Source: Callorhinchus milii (taxonomy: Eukaryota). From it: a DNA stretch of 64,000 nt. How positions within the stretch are numbered: position 1 is the first letter of the stretch; each line of letters opens with the position of its first letter. A program made the translations under genes and the position numbers. The notes under the pieces are model-generated. The model saw only the letters and a list, made by a program, of their open reading frames with translations. It had not been told where the DNA came from and searched no databases. The stretch covers positions 115,632,001 through 115,696,000 of the forward strand of contig NW_024704743.1 in assembly GCF_018977255.1 (NCBI RefSeq). Direction: 5' to 3'. Positions 23,701-64,000 of the stretch are shown in pieces.

Positions 23701-24930
23701 GATTACCAATGGGCTACAGCTGCCCTAATCTAAGGGGTATTATTGATCATTGAGCGTTTAGTGAATGCCACCACTCCCTTTGGCCCCCTGTCTACATGCA
23801 CTTCCAGCAGTGTGTGCTGGATAGTGATTGGTGGCTGATGTTCTCCTTCATAACCTGGTTGTGAAGTCTGCATTCGCTGCTTTGACTGCGATTATACAAA
23901 TTGTTTAACACATCAAGGATCAACGATCTGAATAGCTCAGTGACTCACTGGACACATTTAGTTGAGAAGCCTTCTAAAGAAATGAAATTTTTTTAGACTT
24001 AATTTCTTGTTTAAGCGTTCTGAGACACTGCCCCCTGTGAAGGCGCTATATAAATTGGCTAATTGACTGCCGCGTTCGCCCACAAATATACAGTCAATTC
24101 ACATTACAGTGTGTTCTGTGAAGCGCTTTGGGATGTCCTCCCGACGTGAAAAGTGCTATATCAAATGCAAGGATTATTATTATTATTATAAATGCAAGTT
24201 GTTGTTTAAAGGTTACAAAAACAAATTGATAACAAGACCAGTTTAGGATTAGGATCTAATAGGAATGTGTATGTCACAAAAAATCTAAACACAAGATAGC
24301 AAGGTGATGTAATGTAAATAGGAAAGAAATCTGGTATTCCACATTTTACACTCTCAAGCACTCTGAGACATACCCTGTGTGTAGAGCGCTATATAAGTGC
24401 AAGTTGTTGTTGTTGTATACTATGATTCATTAAATTGCAAAAAATCTTATTACCTACAAAATATGGTCACAGCACTCTGCAGTGATTAATACTGTAACTT
24501 GCTTTTAGCACCATCCAGTGGTACTTGTTCGATTAGCAGTGAAAACTTCTCAGCTTCCACTGAAATTAATTTGTAGAATTCTTGCAATCGGTATTGCACC
24601 TTTCATGTCAGGAGGACGCCTCCAAGTGTTTCACATGATATATTGTACGTGTAGCGACTAATTTGTAGGTGAATGCATCAGTTAATTTGCCTACTGCAAT
24701 GTGCCTCAAACTCACTGATGAGAAATTAATTAACGATTTTATTTGGGAGAATTGTTAGCAAGGACAGCAAGAGAAATTCCATTCTCTTTTCAGGTAGTGC
24801 CATTAAATCTTTAACATCCACCTGAACAGGCACAGGATCTCGGATTAACATCTCATTCAAAGGATAGGCACTTGTTAGGCCTCAGCTGGAGTATTTTGTC
24901 CAATTCTGGGCACAATTTATTTTTATCCCT

Positions 24931-25430
24931 CCTACACATGGAAATCCCAGAGATAGATTGTTGGGATGGAATGCACACACTCTCCCTGGAGGGATGCTTT
25001 CTGCTTACCTAATACCAGAAAATATTAAGTGCAGGCTGGCTAGAGCTTGGGGACCCCAGAGTGTCTGTTGGGGTAACTGCTGGAGTCTAACCAGCTAAAA
25101 CCACATAGCTTGCCATTGATATTGCTGATACTGCCATTGATAAGCAAGCTTTCCCACTGCTTGTCCAGCTAGGAACACCCTACCCATTAGGGCGTTGGCT
25201 TGCAGGCTTAACAACAACAAATGGAGCTGAGTGGGATGACTCCCTGCCCTCAGTGACTGGTCTGCCCTTCAAGGTCCTGCTGATGAGCCAGGCTGGCTGT
25301 GCTGTCCTCAGCAATGCCCTAGAATACTGGGGACCTACCTGGCTCTGGAACCGGACTACCGAGATCACCAGAGGGCTGGCTTGATTCTGACATTCCATTG
25401 CATGTCAACTTGGAGCCAGTTCAGCTCCAA
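24931..25430. repeat. Unclassified interspersed repeat (same family)
   Basis: See 16261; also matches 30480-30760 and 35866-36140. Confidence 0.8.
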
Positions 25431-26145
25431 GGAGACTTCACTTACACCCCTCCCATTCCCCAAATAGGATAGTCATGAGTTAGTCGTTCAACATCCGACG
25501 AGCGCAGGTTTGAGCCCTAATTAGATAGATAATAGGTACAAGGAACTCACTGCGAGCTTCCTGGTGGGCAATGCATCACAGCATGAAATGCGTGATAGCA
25601 TTGCCGCTGTCTTCCTCTCCGCAGCTTGAGCACACATCCCTTCCCATTCACCGATGATTCCACCAATTGTAGGTACACAGTTTAAGCTGCAGCTGCTGGC
25701 CTCTCTGCAGGCCAAACGCCTTCCAGCAGCTGTCGCTGCAAACTATCTGGGGGGCATCTGCCTTCAGGGTGATGGATAGACATTTACAGTATAGCCTGTG
25801 ACATGCTAGCCACTTTGATGTTCTTGAACTCCAAGTCCAATGCCGCTTATCAGGCTTACTCAGCACCAGCTGCTCAATTCAGGTCCTCATGTGAGGGGCC
25901 TTGGCAAATAGACGTGTCCACTGGGAAGCCAATTTCGTCTTGGAGTGCTTAGCAACAGATCAGTGTAGGTGCCAGGGATGAGGGACTTTAGTTATGTGGA
26001 GCGACTAGAGAAACTGAGATTGCTCTCCTTAAAACATTAAGGGGAAATGTAATAGGTGCTCAACTTTTGAGGTGTTTTGATACAGGGAGAAACTGTTTCC
26101 ACTGGCAGGTGGGTCAGTAACCAGGGAACATAGATTTAAGATAAC

Positions 26146-26441
26146 GTGGAGTCCTGTAGCTCAGTGGTTAGAGCACTCACTTTGCAAGTGAGAGACCCGA
26201 GTTCAATTCCAGGCAGAGGGCGAAACCTTGGGCAAGTTTCATTACTCCACACGCCTGATAATAATCCCTCCAAAAAACAAAACAATAATAAATTGGTCAT
26301 TTTCAATCTACGACTGTTAGTGGGACATTGCTGTGCACAATTGGCTGCTGTGTTCGCCAACAAATATAGTCAATTCACTTTACAGTATATTGGGATGTCT
26401 AGAAGACGTGAAAAGCACTATATCAAATGCAAGGATTATTA
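26146..26441 (+). mobile_element. tRNA-head SINE copy
   Basis: Same family. Confidence 0.9.
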
Positions 26442-26552
26442 TGAAGTCTTTACCTTGGGAATGAAGTATGATTCTGGCTGAATGAGGGAAAGATGTTCTG
26501 TGATATTGGTGCAGTACAACATTCTCAGATTCAAGAGGATTTTCACACAGCC

Positions 26553-27050
26553 TACCAACAAATTACATTTGTACAGCACCTTTCACTCCAGGATATCCCA
26601 AGGTGCAGAGGAACTGTGGGATGGAGTTTCAGAGGGTGGGTAGGGCTTTGAAGCTGAGAATCTTGACATGGATCCTGAATGATGGGGGGGGGCAGTAGAG
26701 TCAGGCCGGGATGGGGAAGAGTACTTGGGCTAGAGTTCAGCCTGTGAAAGCAGGGAGTTTGCATAGTCAGGCCTGAAATGTGATGAATGCGTGGATGAGG
26801 GTATTGCTGGCTAGAGTGGCAAGGTAAGCGTCAAGGCATGGATGTGGGGTGCATAGGACGGTGAGGTTCCCTTTGGTTCCATGTGGTGTAACCATGAAAG
26901 GTGATGCTATCAGCACTGACGGGAACCAAGGGCTCGAGTCTTGTTGACATTCAACCGGTGAAAGTTTGATGTCGGACAGCAGTAGTCTGGGAGTCGAGGT
27001 GGAGAGGTAGAGTTGGTTGGTCATTCACATACATGTGGAAATTGTCTAAT
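26553..27050 (-). mobile_element. Degraded L2 fragment
   Basis: QLYLST / TLIHAFIT remnants and the family tail. Confidence 0.65.
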
Positions 27051-27278
27051 TCAGATTTCTGAAAACACAACTGTAGAATGGCTCAAGACCAGTTCTTATA
27101 TGACTAATTCCATTGTCAACAGTATGACACCAACCGCTTGATACAAAGCAGGCATTGGGACAAAAAAACAAAGTAATGTTAAATATGTACAATATTGATT
27201 AGGCCACACACTGTATCTGTTTTGAGCACCTTATCGTAGAAATGTAAGAGTAAGAGCCAACTCAAATAGATTCCTGTT

Positions 27279-27284
27279 TTTATT
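27279..27284 (-). terminator. RPLP1: RPLP1 polyadenylation signal AATAAA
   Basis: AATAAA about 30 nt after the stop; short 3'UTR typical of ribosomal protein genes. Confidence 0.85.
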
Positions 27285-27313
27285 GTACCCATAGAAAATG
27301 TTTCATGGCACAC

Positions 27314-27396
27314 TTAGTCATCAAAGAGACCAAAACCCATGTCGTTGTCTGACTCTTCAGATTCCTCTTCCTTCTTCTCTTCCTTTTTCTCCTCAG
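27314..27396 (-). CDS. RPLP1: RPLP1 exon 4 (acidic tail, stop TAA)
   Basis: tttctattctgcag|CT GAG GAG...TTT GAT GAC TAA. Confidence 0.96.
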
Positions 27397-29783
27397 CTGC
27401 AGAATAGAAAGAAATACAAGCTTAGCTCTCCAACCTCATTAACAAAGTGCAAAACATCCACCAGAGTGTCAAGTGGGTCTGGCTGTACAGAAAGCCAGAT
27501 GCTCTCGTGGAGCTGGTAGGTTAGGTGTTGTGCATTACAAGAGTACACCCAGCAGGTTAAGTTGTGCGCCCATGATATTCACCCTATTGGTGCAACAAAA
27601 CTTTCATACTTTAATCCAACTAAATATTATGGTCTATTACCTCCGCACCTTATGATGTAATCTAGGCTGTGCTACACTGAAAGACACGTGGATTCCCCTG
27701 TGCAAATTCACCTCCTAACCTCCGAGCAACCTGCCCGCTTCAACCGCTCAGCGGGCTCCGGCCTGCTTCACACCCCCCACCTTGCTACCTCACTATCGGC
27801 GGTCAGGCCTTCAGACACTCTGCCCCTACCTCTGGAACTCCATCCCACAGTCCCTCCACCTCACCCCCTCCCAAGACCCTGCTTTTCAACCGTGCCTGTG
27901 GTCACCTTCCTTCCCCCCGTCGATTCTCCAGCACCTTGGGACATCCTCCCGACGTGAAAGGTGCTATACAAATTTAATTTTGTTTTTGTAGTACTTACCA
28001 GCAGCCGGGGCAGCAGCAGCCTGACCAGCAGCACTAGGAGCAGCACCACCACCAGCACCAACGTTACAGATCAAACTGCTGATGTTGACATTTGCAAGTG
28101 CCTGGAAAGAGTCATACAAATGTCAAATGGTATAATTGACTAAATTAGTAACTACAGCTTTGGCAATTTTACTTGAGATGACATGCATTTCACTTGATAA
28201 GTTAAGCTTTCAGTATTCATTACTGGAGTTGCAGTTTACATTAGTTAAATGTAATTTTTATTGTGCTGTCTTACCTTAGCAAATAGATTTGGCCAGAAAG
28301 GCTCAATAGTTATTCCAGCTGCTTTGATGAGGGCATTGATCTTGTCTTCCTAAACCAAGAGGCATATTAACACAATCAGTTACAGAATTAAGTGCATTAG
28401 ATTGCATCAACAGGTGTCATATGTAAAAAAAACGTACATTTTGTTGTGCCTTTTACATTGGGAGGATGTCGGAGGATGTCTCAAAGCTGAAGGATATACT
28501 GTAATGTGATTGCACATATTACACATGTAGGAAAGTGTGACAGACAACAACTTGGATTTTTTATTCTTATATTTTTATAGCGCCCTCCAGCCGGACGGCG
28601 TCTCAGAGACAATTTACGCCCACAAATATAGTCAATTCACTTTACAGTATATTCTGTGAAGCGCTTTGAGACATCTCAAAGACGTGAAAAATGCTACATC
28701 AAATGCAAGGATTATTATTATGATGTCCCACAAACAGTCATGAAAGTGAATGACCAATTTAACGAGTGGGATTTGTTGGCCAAGAAACTTCCTTTATGTT
28801 CCGTTAATGACATAATAAATCGAGGTAAATATCTAATGCTCAACATTTACCACCAACAGCACACCCCAATCCAGCATAAGAGATGCATATGAACAGTGGT
28901 GCGGCTTATTTAAGAAGCCGCCAACAGCAGCAGCAGCACAACAGTGAAGGGAAAGGGGTCACTGAAAAATCAGAAGCAAATAAATGTACGTGTTGCTTCA
29001 CACAGGCAGTGAAGCTGCTCAGCTCCAGGAGCACAGCTGTCTGCAGAGGGAGAGGAGAGCCTCTGGTCCTCACCAATACTACACACGGACCCATGTGCAC
29101 AACCCCGAGAGGCGACAACAACAGGGATGGAAGAGCCAGAGGCCCTGGCGGGCCATTCCCGGCTCGAGAGCCGTCAGCTCGGCTCCTCCACACGTGGCTG
29201 CGGCCTCACTGTCCCGCGAGCAGGAATGTCAGATGTCACCGGGATCCGGGCCTATCACCCCGGCTGTGAGTGCCAGGCGTCCCCGGGGTCTGGGCCTATC
29301 TCCTCGGCTGTGAGTGCCAGGCGTCCCCGGGGTCTGGGCCTATCTCCTCGGCTGTGAGTGCCAGGCGCCCCCGGGGTCTGGGCCTATCACCCCGGCTGTG
29401 AGTGCCAGGCGTCCCCGGGGTCTGGGCCTATCACCTCGGCTGTGAGTGCCAGGCGTCCCCGGGGTCTGGGCCTATCACTCCGGCTGTGAGTGCCAGGCGT
29501 CCCCGGGGTCTGGGCCTATCTCCTCGGCTGTGAGTGCCAGGCGTCCCCGGGGTCTGGGCCTATCTCCTCGGCTGTGAGTGCCAGGCGTCCCCGGGGTCTG
29601 GGCCTATCTCCTCGGCTGTGAGTGCCAGGCGCCCCCGGGGTCTGGGCCTATTCCCCCCCCCCGGGGGCCCATCTCCGCGGCGTGGGGCTGCCCTAACATG
29701 GCCGTACTCACGGTGACGGTGACCTCGTCGTCGTGCAGGATGAGGGCGCTGTAGATACAGGCGAGCTCGGAAGCGGCCGTCAT
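27314..29783 (-). CDS. RPLP1: 60S acidic ribosomal protein P1 (P-stalk), complete 4-exon gene, 110 aa
   Basis: Exons 29783-29712, 28349-28275, 28101-27999 and 27396-27314 splice (GT-AG) to MTAASELACIYSALILHDDEVTVT-EDKINALIKAAGITIEPFWPNLFAK-ALANVNISSLICNVGAGGGAAPSAAGQAAAAPAA-A-EEKKEEKKEEESEESDNDMGFGLFDD*. Confidence 0.96.
27700..27990 (+). mobile_element. L2 3' fragment inside RPLP1 intron 3
   Basis: RSAGSGLL / PYLWNSIP remnants and tail. Confidence 0.7.
27999..28101 (-). CDS. RPLP1: RPLP1 exon 3 (Ala/Gly hinge)
   Basis: cag|GCA CTT...GCT G|gtaagt; 103 nt. Confidence 0.96.
28275..28349 (-). CDS. RPLP1: RPLP1 exon 2
   Basis: tag|GAA GAC AAG...AAG|gtaag; 75 nt. Confidence 0.96.
29224..29651. 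repeat. GC-rich minisatellite, 44-bp unit, about 9-10 copies, in RPLP1 intron 1
   Basis: GGCTGTGAGTGCCAGGCGTCCCCGGGGTCTGGGCCTATC(T/A)C(C/T)(T/C)C starting at 29262, 29306, 29350, 29394, 29438, 29482, 29526, 29570 and 29614, plus a degenerate leading copy. Confidence 0.97.
29712..29783 (-). CDS. RPLP1: RPLP1 coding exon 1
   Basis: aaccATG ACG GCC...ACC|gtgagt on the minus strand; 72 nt. Confidence 0.96.
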
Positions 29784-29887
29784 GGTTTACGGTCAGTTTC
29801 CTGGGGTCGGGAGCGGAGCTTCGGTGCTAGTCGCCGGCTGTCACGCGGGCCTTAGCTTCAGTCGGAAGAACCGAGCACCTCAGAACC

Positions 29888-29985
29888 GAGAGAGAAGAGG
29901 GGGGGCGGCGCGGCCGGAAGGGACTCTTATACACAGCTGCATATCACGTCACTTCCCTTTGCCGAGACACGCGTTTCCGGTCACC
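29888..29985 (-). promoter_or_regulatory. RPLP1: RPLP1 core promoter: TCT/5'TOP initiator, TATA-like box, ETS and CRE-like sites
   Basis: Minus strand: TATAAGA (29931-29925) about 30 nt upstream of the pyrimidine tract CCCCCTCTTCTCTCTC; CCGGAAG at 29914-29920; TCACGTCA at 29944-29951; CpG-rich. Confidence 0.8.
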
Positions 29986-30059
29986 TCGAGCCGACAACCA
30001 CGTGCTCTTTCCCTCATTCCCTCCCCCTCCATTGTCAGAACAGAGCCGCTGTCTCTGTG

Positions 30060-30386
30060 ATAATAATAATAATAATAATAATCGTTGCCTTCGCTATAGC
30101 GCTTTTCACGTCTTCTCGAACGTCTCAAAGCGCTTCACAGAATCGACTGTAAAGTGAATCGACCGTATATTTGCGGGTGAAACGCGGCAGCCAACGGCGC
30201 GCAGCGGTGCCCCACAAACGGTCGTGGATTGAAATGAACCAATTTATTATTTTTTTCTTGAGGGATTGTTATCAGGAGTGTGGAGTAAGGAAACTTGCCC
30301 AAGGTTTCGCCCCCTGCCGGGAATCGAACCCAGGTCTCTCTCGCTTGAGCGGCGAGTGCTCCGACCGCTGAGCTACAGGACTCCAC
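30060..30386 (-). mobile_element. tRNA-head SINE copy next to the RPLP1 promoter (GC-shifted)
   Basis: Reverse complement of the family; (AAT)n tail at 30060. Confidence 0.9.
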
Positions 30387-32146
30387 TAACTTATTACTCT
30401 CCTGTGCGTGTGTGTGTGTGTGGAGAGAGAGAAAGAGAGTGAGTGAGAGAGAGAGAGAGAGAGCAGCGTCTCCTTGAGGCTCCGAGGTGACATGTCTGGT
30501 AATGGAATGTCAGGATGGAGCCAACCCTCTGGGGGTCCTGGTCGACCGGCTCCTGAACCAGGCTTAAAGATACAAAAGTGGACGAATTGAGCTCACAAGG
30601 GACACAGCAGTCATGTTAAGGAGTTTGTGTGTTAGAGCAGTGTGGGGGTCTTTCCTGCGGCGGTCTCTAGTCTAGTTCCTGAGACAGGCGGGTCCGCAGT
30701 ACTGGTGGCAGCCCAGCCAGCCTGGCTGATTGGTAGGACTTGCAAGGGAATGCCCTTTAAGTTGACAGATAGGCGTGTGGAGTAAGAAAACTTGCCCAAA
30801 GTTTCGCCCTGCCTGGAATCTTCCACGTCATTGACATATCAAAGCGCTTCACAGAATGTACTGTAGAGTGGAGTGACTATTTTATTATCAAAACGCAGCA
30901 TCCAGTTGCACACAGCAATATCCCACAAATAGCTATGGAATGAGCGACCAATTTTATTTGGAGGATTGTTCCAGGACATCAGGAGAAACTCCCTTTTCTT
31001 TTTGAATACTGCCATGGAATACTTAGTGCCTGATTCTGCTCTCTCGATCTAAATAAAAGTGACTGAAATAACTACGTAGAGTTGACTATGGTTGAGGGAT
31101 GAGAGAGGTAAATCTTGTTCATAAAAAAAACTATTAAGCCTTAAATCTGCTTCTTTCTACTATGTGACTGGTGTCAGCACAAAATTTAAGTAACACAGGG
31201 CTGTCATGGAAACATCTGCTCAACAAACAGTGCATTATTTGCCCTCCAACAGATTTGTGTCATCAGAAATGAAACGCAAAGCATTTAGTTTCATATGGAA
31301 AAGCAAACAGCAGTGTTTGTGGTAGAGATTTGACCTGAACAGGTCAGCTCTCAAAAAACAATGTGATAAAACAGTCCAAGTGTTGGATTACCCTCTCATT
31401 TACCTTATTGATGTGATAAGACACTATCAACAACAACAACAAGATTCCATTTATCAAGCGCCTTTCACGTCGGGAGGACGTCCCAAGGCGCTGCACAGTT
31501 GGGTCATGACCCGAGCAGGGGGGAAATGGTCAGGGTGAGGGGAGAGGAGGGAGCGAGGAGGGGGGAAATGGTCAGGGTGAGGGGAGGGATGGGAGGGAGC
31601 GAGAAGGGGGAAGAGAGTCGAGAGGGGGGGGGATTATTACTAATATTGCAAGGATTATTACTAGGCGACTAATGCAAGGATTATTACTAATATTGACCAG
31701 AAGGAAGACAGCAGTAACCAGATCTTCAAAACCATGATAAATACATTTCCTTTCCAAGATTGGCATATTACTGAATAAACAATATTAATAATCTTTGCAT
31801 GTCATATAACACCTATAATACTGAAAATCTCAAAGCACTTCAGAGAATTGCCATAAAGTGTAGTGACTGTGCATTTATAAGCAAACACCGCTGCCATTTT
31901 ACTCGCAGTAGGACCTGACAAAAGTGACACTCCAGTGCAGAATTAGTGGGAGCATTGTATTTCCGTCTCCTCCTTCAGATCATTCATGTGCTTATAAGTA
32001 ACCCTATGTACTTCCCGGAATTTTAGAGGCTTTGCTAAGATGTTAACTTAACCCATCTGCTTGTTCGGGTTGTCTGAAGTGTTATAGAGATAAAGCCTTT
32101 TAGACGCACCAAGATAGTAGAAAAGGACATGAGGTTTAGAGCTTTA

Positions 32147-32404
32147 GGCAGGGCGAAACCTTGGGCAAGTTTCCTTACTCCACACGCCTAATAATAATCC
32201 CTCCAAAAAACAAAAACAATAATAAAATTGGTCATATTCAATCCATGGCTGTTTGTGGGACATTGCTGTGCGCAATTGGCTGCCGCGTTCGCCCACAAAT
32301 ATACAGTCAATTCACTTTACAGTATATTCTGTGAAACGCTTTGGGACGTCTAGAAGACGTGAAAAGCGCTATATCAAATGCAAGGATTATTATTATTATT
32401 ATTA
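32147..32404 (+). mobile_element. 5'-truncated tRNA-head SINE
   Basis: Starts at GGCAGGGCGAAACC and ends in (ATT)n. Confidence 0.85.
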
Positions 32405-32669
32405 GAGCTGCAGAGGACAATTTCAGTAAAGCACTTCTTTACCGAGAGGGTCACTAACAACTGCAACAGATTATCAGGAAGGTGGCTGAGACCGGGAAGA
32501 GGCGTTCAATTAAAAAAAAAACAGCCCGATGGCAAGGAAGACAACCGGGTGGGTATTCCGGAAGGAAAAATCTAATGTGGGGATGGGGTGGGGAGAGAGA
32601 GAGAGAGAGAGAGAAGCCAGTGGTGCCGAGCGAGGAATGGGAGCGATCGGGAAGGAGGAGGACGACACG

Positions 32670-32900
32670 TTACACTTGCACCGCGCCCTTCACGTCGGAA
32701 AGGCGTCCCGGGGCGCTGGACGATCGGGTTTTGGATCCGGTCTGGGAATTGGGGTCAGGAGTGGGGGGTGTGGAAGGGGAAGGTCCGGGCGAAGAGGTGA
32801 GGTCTTTAGACGGGACTCGGAAGGAGGCGGGAGGGGACAGTCCTGCAGGTCGGGTCGGGAAGAGCTTTTGGGGCCATCCTCCTCTCCTGCCTCTTCCTGT
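32670..32900 (-). mobile_element. L2 3' fragment at the AGO2 promoter (GC-shifted)
   Basis: TTACACTTGCACCGCGCCCTTCACGTCGG..GGCGCTGGAC resembles the family tail. Confidence 0.6.
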
Positions 32901-33560
32901 GCCAATTCCCGGTTGGAATGGCGAGCGCGTGCGCAGAAGGCGGGGGGGGGGGGGGGGGTGGCGGTTTGGCGCTCGAGCCTGGTTTAAATGGCGCGCGCGC
33001 GCAGTCGGCGCGGGTGAGTGTGCGAGTGGGGGAGGGGAGGGGAGGGAGGGAGGAGGAGTGGCGGTTGGCGGATACGTCAGGTCGGCCTCCTCCCTCCCTC
33101 CCTCCCTCGCTCCCTCCCCCTCACGCTCCCAACCGCCGCCGCCGCCGCCGCTGCTGCTGCTGTTGCGCTCAGAGCCCGGAGCCATCTGGGCGCGGTGCGG
33201 GCGGGAGGGAGGGTCACTCACCGGCTCGGTCGGTCGGTCGGGTCGGTCGGTCAGTGAGTCAATCAGTCGGGGGCGGTTCTGTCCTTTTTTTTTAGTGGCG
33301 GAGGGAGTGAAGCGTTAACCCTCCTCCCTCCCTCCCGGTTCATTCCTCCCTCCCTCCCTCCCTCCCTCTTCCACTCTTTGATGCGCCTCTCCCTCCCTCG
33401 CCTTTTTCTCCCCCTCTCCCCACCCCACGCTGTAATATAGCCATCATCGCATCTTATTTTTTTTTAAATCTCCCTCTCTCCCTCCCTCTCCCTCTCTCAC
33501 TCACTCCCGTCCCTCCGTGTTTCCCTCCCCCTCCCCTCCCCCCCCCCCCCCTCCCGGCAG
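32900..33560 (+). promoter_or_regulatory. AGO2: AGO2 CpG-island promoter / 5'UTR region
   Basis: High GC and CpG; NRF1-like GCGCGTGCGC (32925), YY1-like AAATGGCG (32986), (GCC)n(GCT)n tract, directly upstream of the AGO2 ATG exon. Confidence 0.8.
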
Positions 33561-33571
33561 GTCAATAAAAC

Positions 33572-63857
<30,286 letters not shown>

Positions 63858-63917
63858 GTAAGAACCATTACTGAATAGTCAGGTTCCCAGGTGCAACCAG
63901 TAATCCAAAAGGTGAAT

Positions 63918-64000
63918 GGAATTGTGGCCTTTATCTCGAAGCCTGGAATACAAAGGGGAAGAAATGATGCTTCAGCTGTATAGAGTGTTAGTCAGACGCC
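63918..64000 (+). mobile_element. CR1 fragment running off the window
   Basis: ..EYKGEEMMLQLYRVLVR.. CR1 ORF2 motif. Confidence 0.55.

Noticed and set aside
28883..29357. Plus-strand ORFs in RPLP1 intron 1
   Set aside because: They arise from GC-rich and minisatellite sequence, with no homology or splice support
29224..29651. CRISPR-like array
   Set aside because: Units are contiguous with no unique spacers, and the context is a vertebrate intron
29900..33100. Single shared bidirectional promoter for RPLP1 and AGO2
   Set aside because: The starts are about 3 kb apart, with separate CpG-rich cores and repeats between them; head-to-head but not a classic bidirectional promoter
32482..33318. 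278-aa ORF and overlapping GC-rich ORFs at the AGO2 promoter
   Set aside because: Low-complexity translations of a CpG island and an L2 fragment; no recognisable domain

Overview
Vertebrate genomic DNA, probably from a cartilaginous fish (inferred from tRNA-head SINEs with L2-type tails, Deu-domain SINEs and L2/CR1 fragments). Three intron-containing protein genes can be reconstructed by hand with consistent splice phases. (1) The 3' part of PTK2/FAK (+, 3401-20221), including the 9-nt Pro-Trp-Arg (FAK+) microexon. (2) A complete 4-exon RPLP1-type ribosomal P-stalk gene (-, 27314-29783), missed by the ORF track, lying between PTK2 and AGO2 and head-to-head with AGO2. It has a TOP promoter, a structured 5'UTR, a 44-bp minisatellite in intron 1 and a non-canonical C-terminus (DNDMGFGLFDD). 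(3) AGO2 (+, 33572 to beyond the window end; 16 coding exons visible) with one GC-AG intron and intact slicer residues. The most unusual non-coding signals are a CpG-rich, self-complementary element with repeated U1-like and GCTGCATTGAA motifs in AGO2 intron 1, the RPLP1 5'UTR fold, and AT-to-GC-shifted repeat copies beside the two promoters. Comparisons to human or other proteins are from recall, not from computed alignments.
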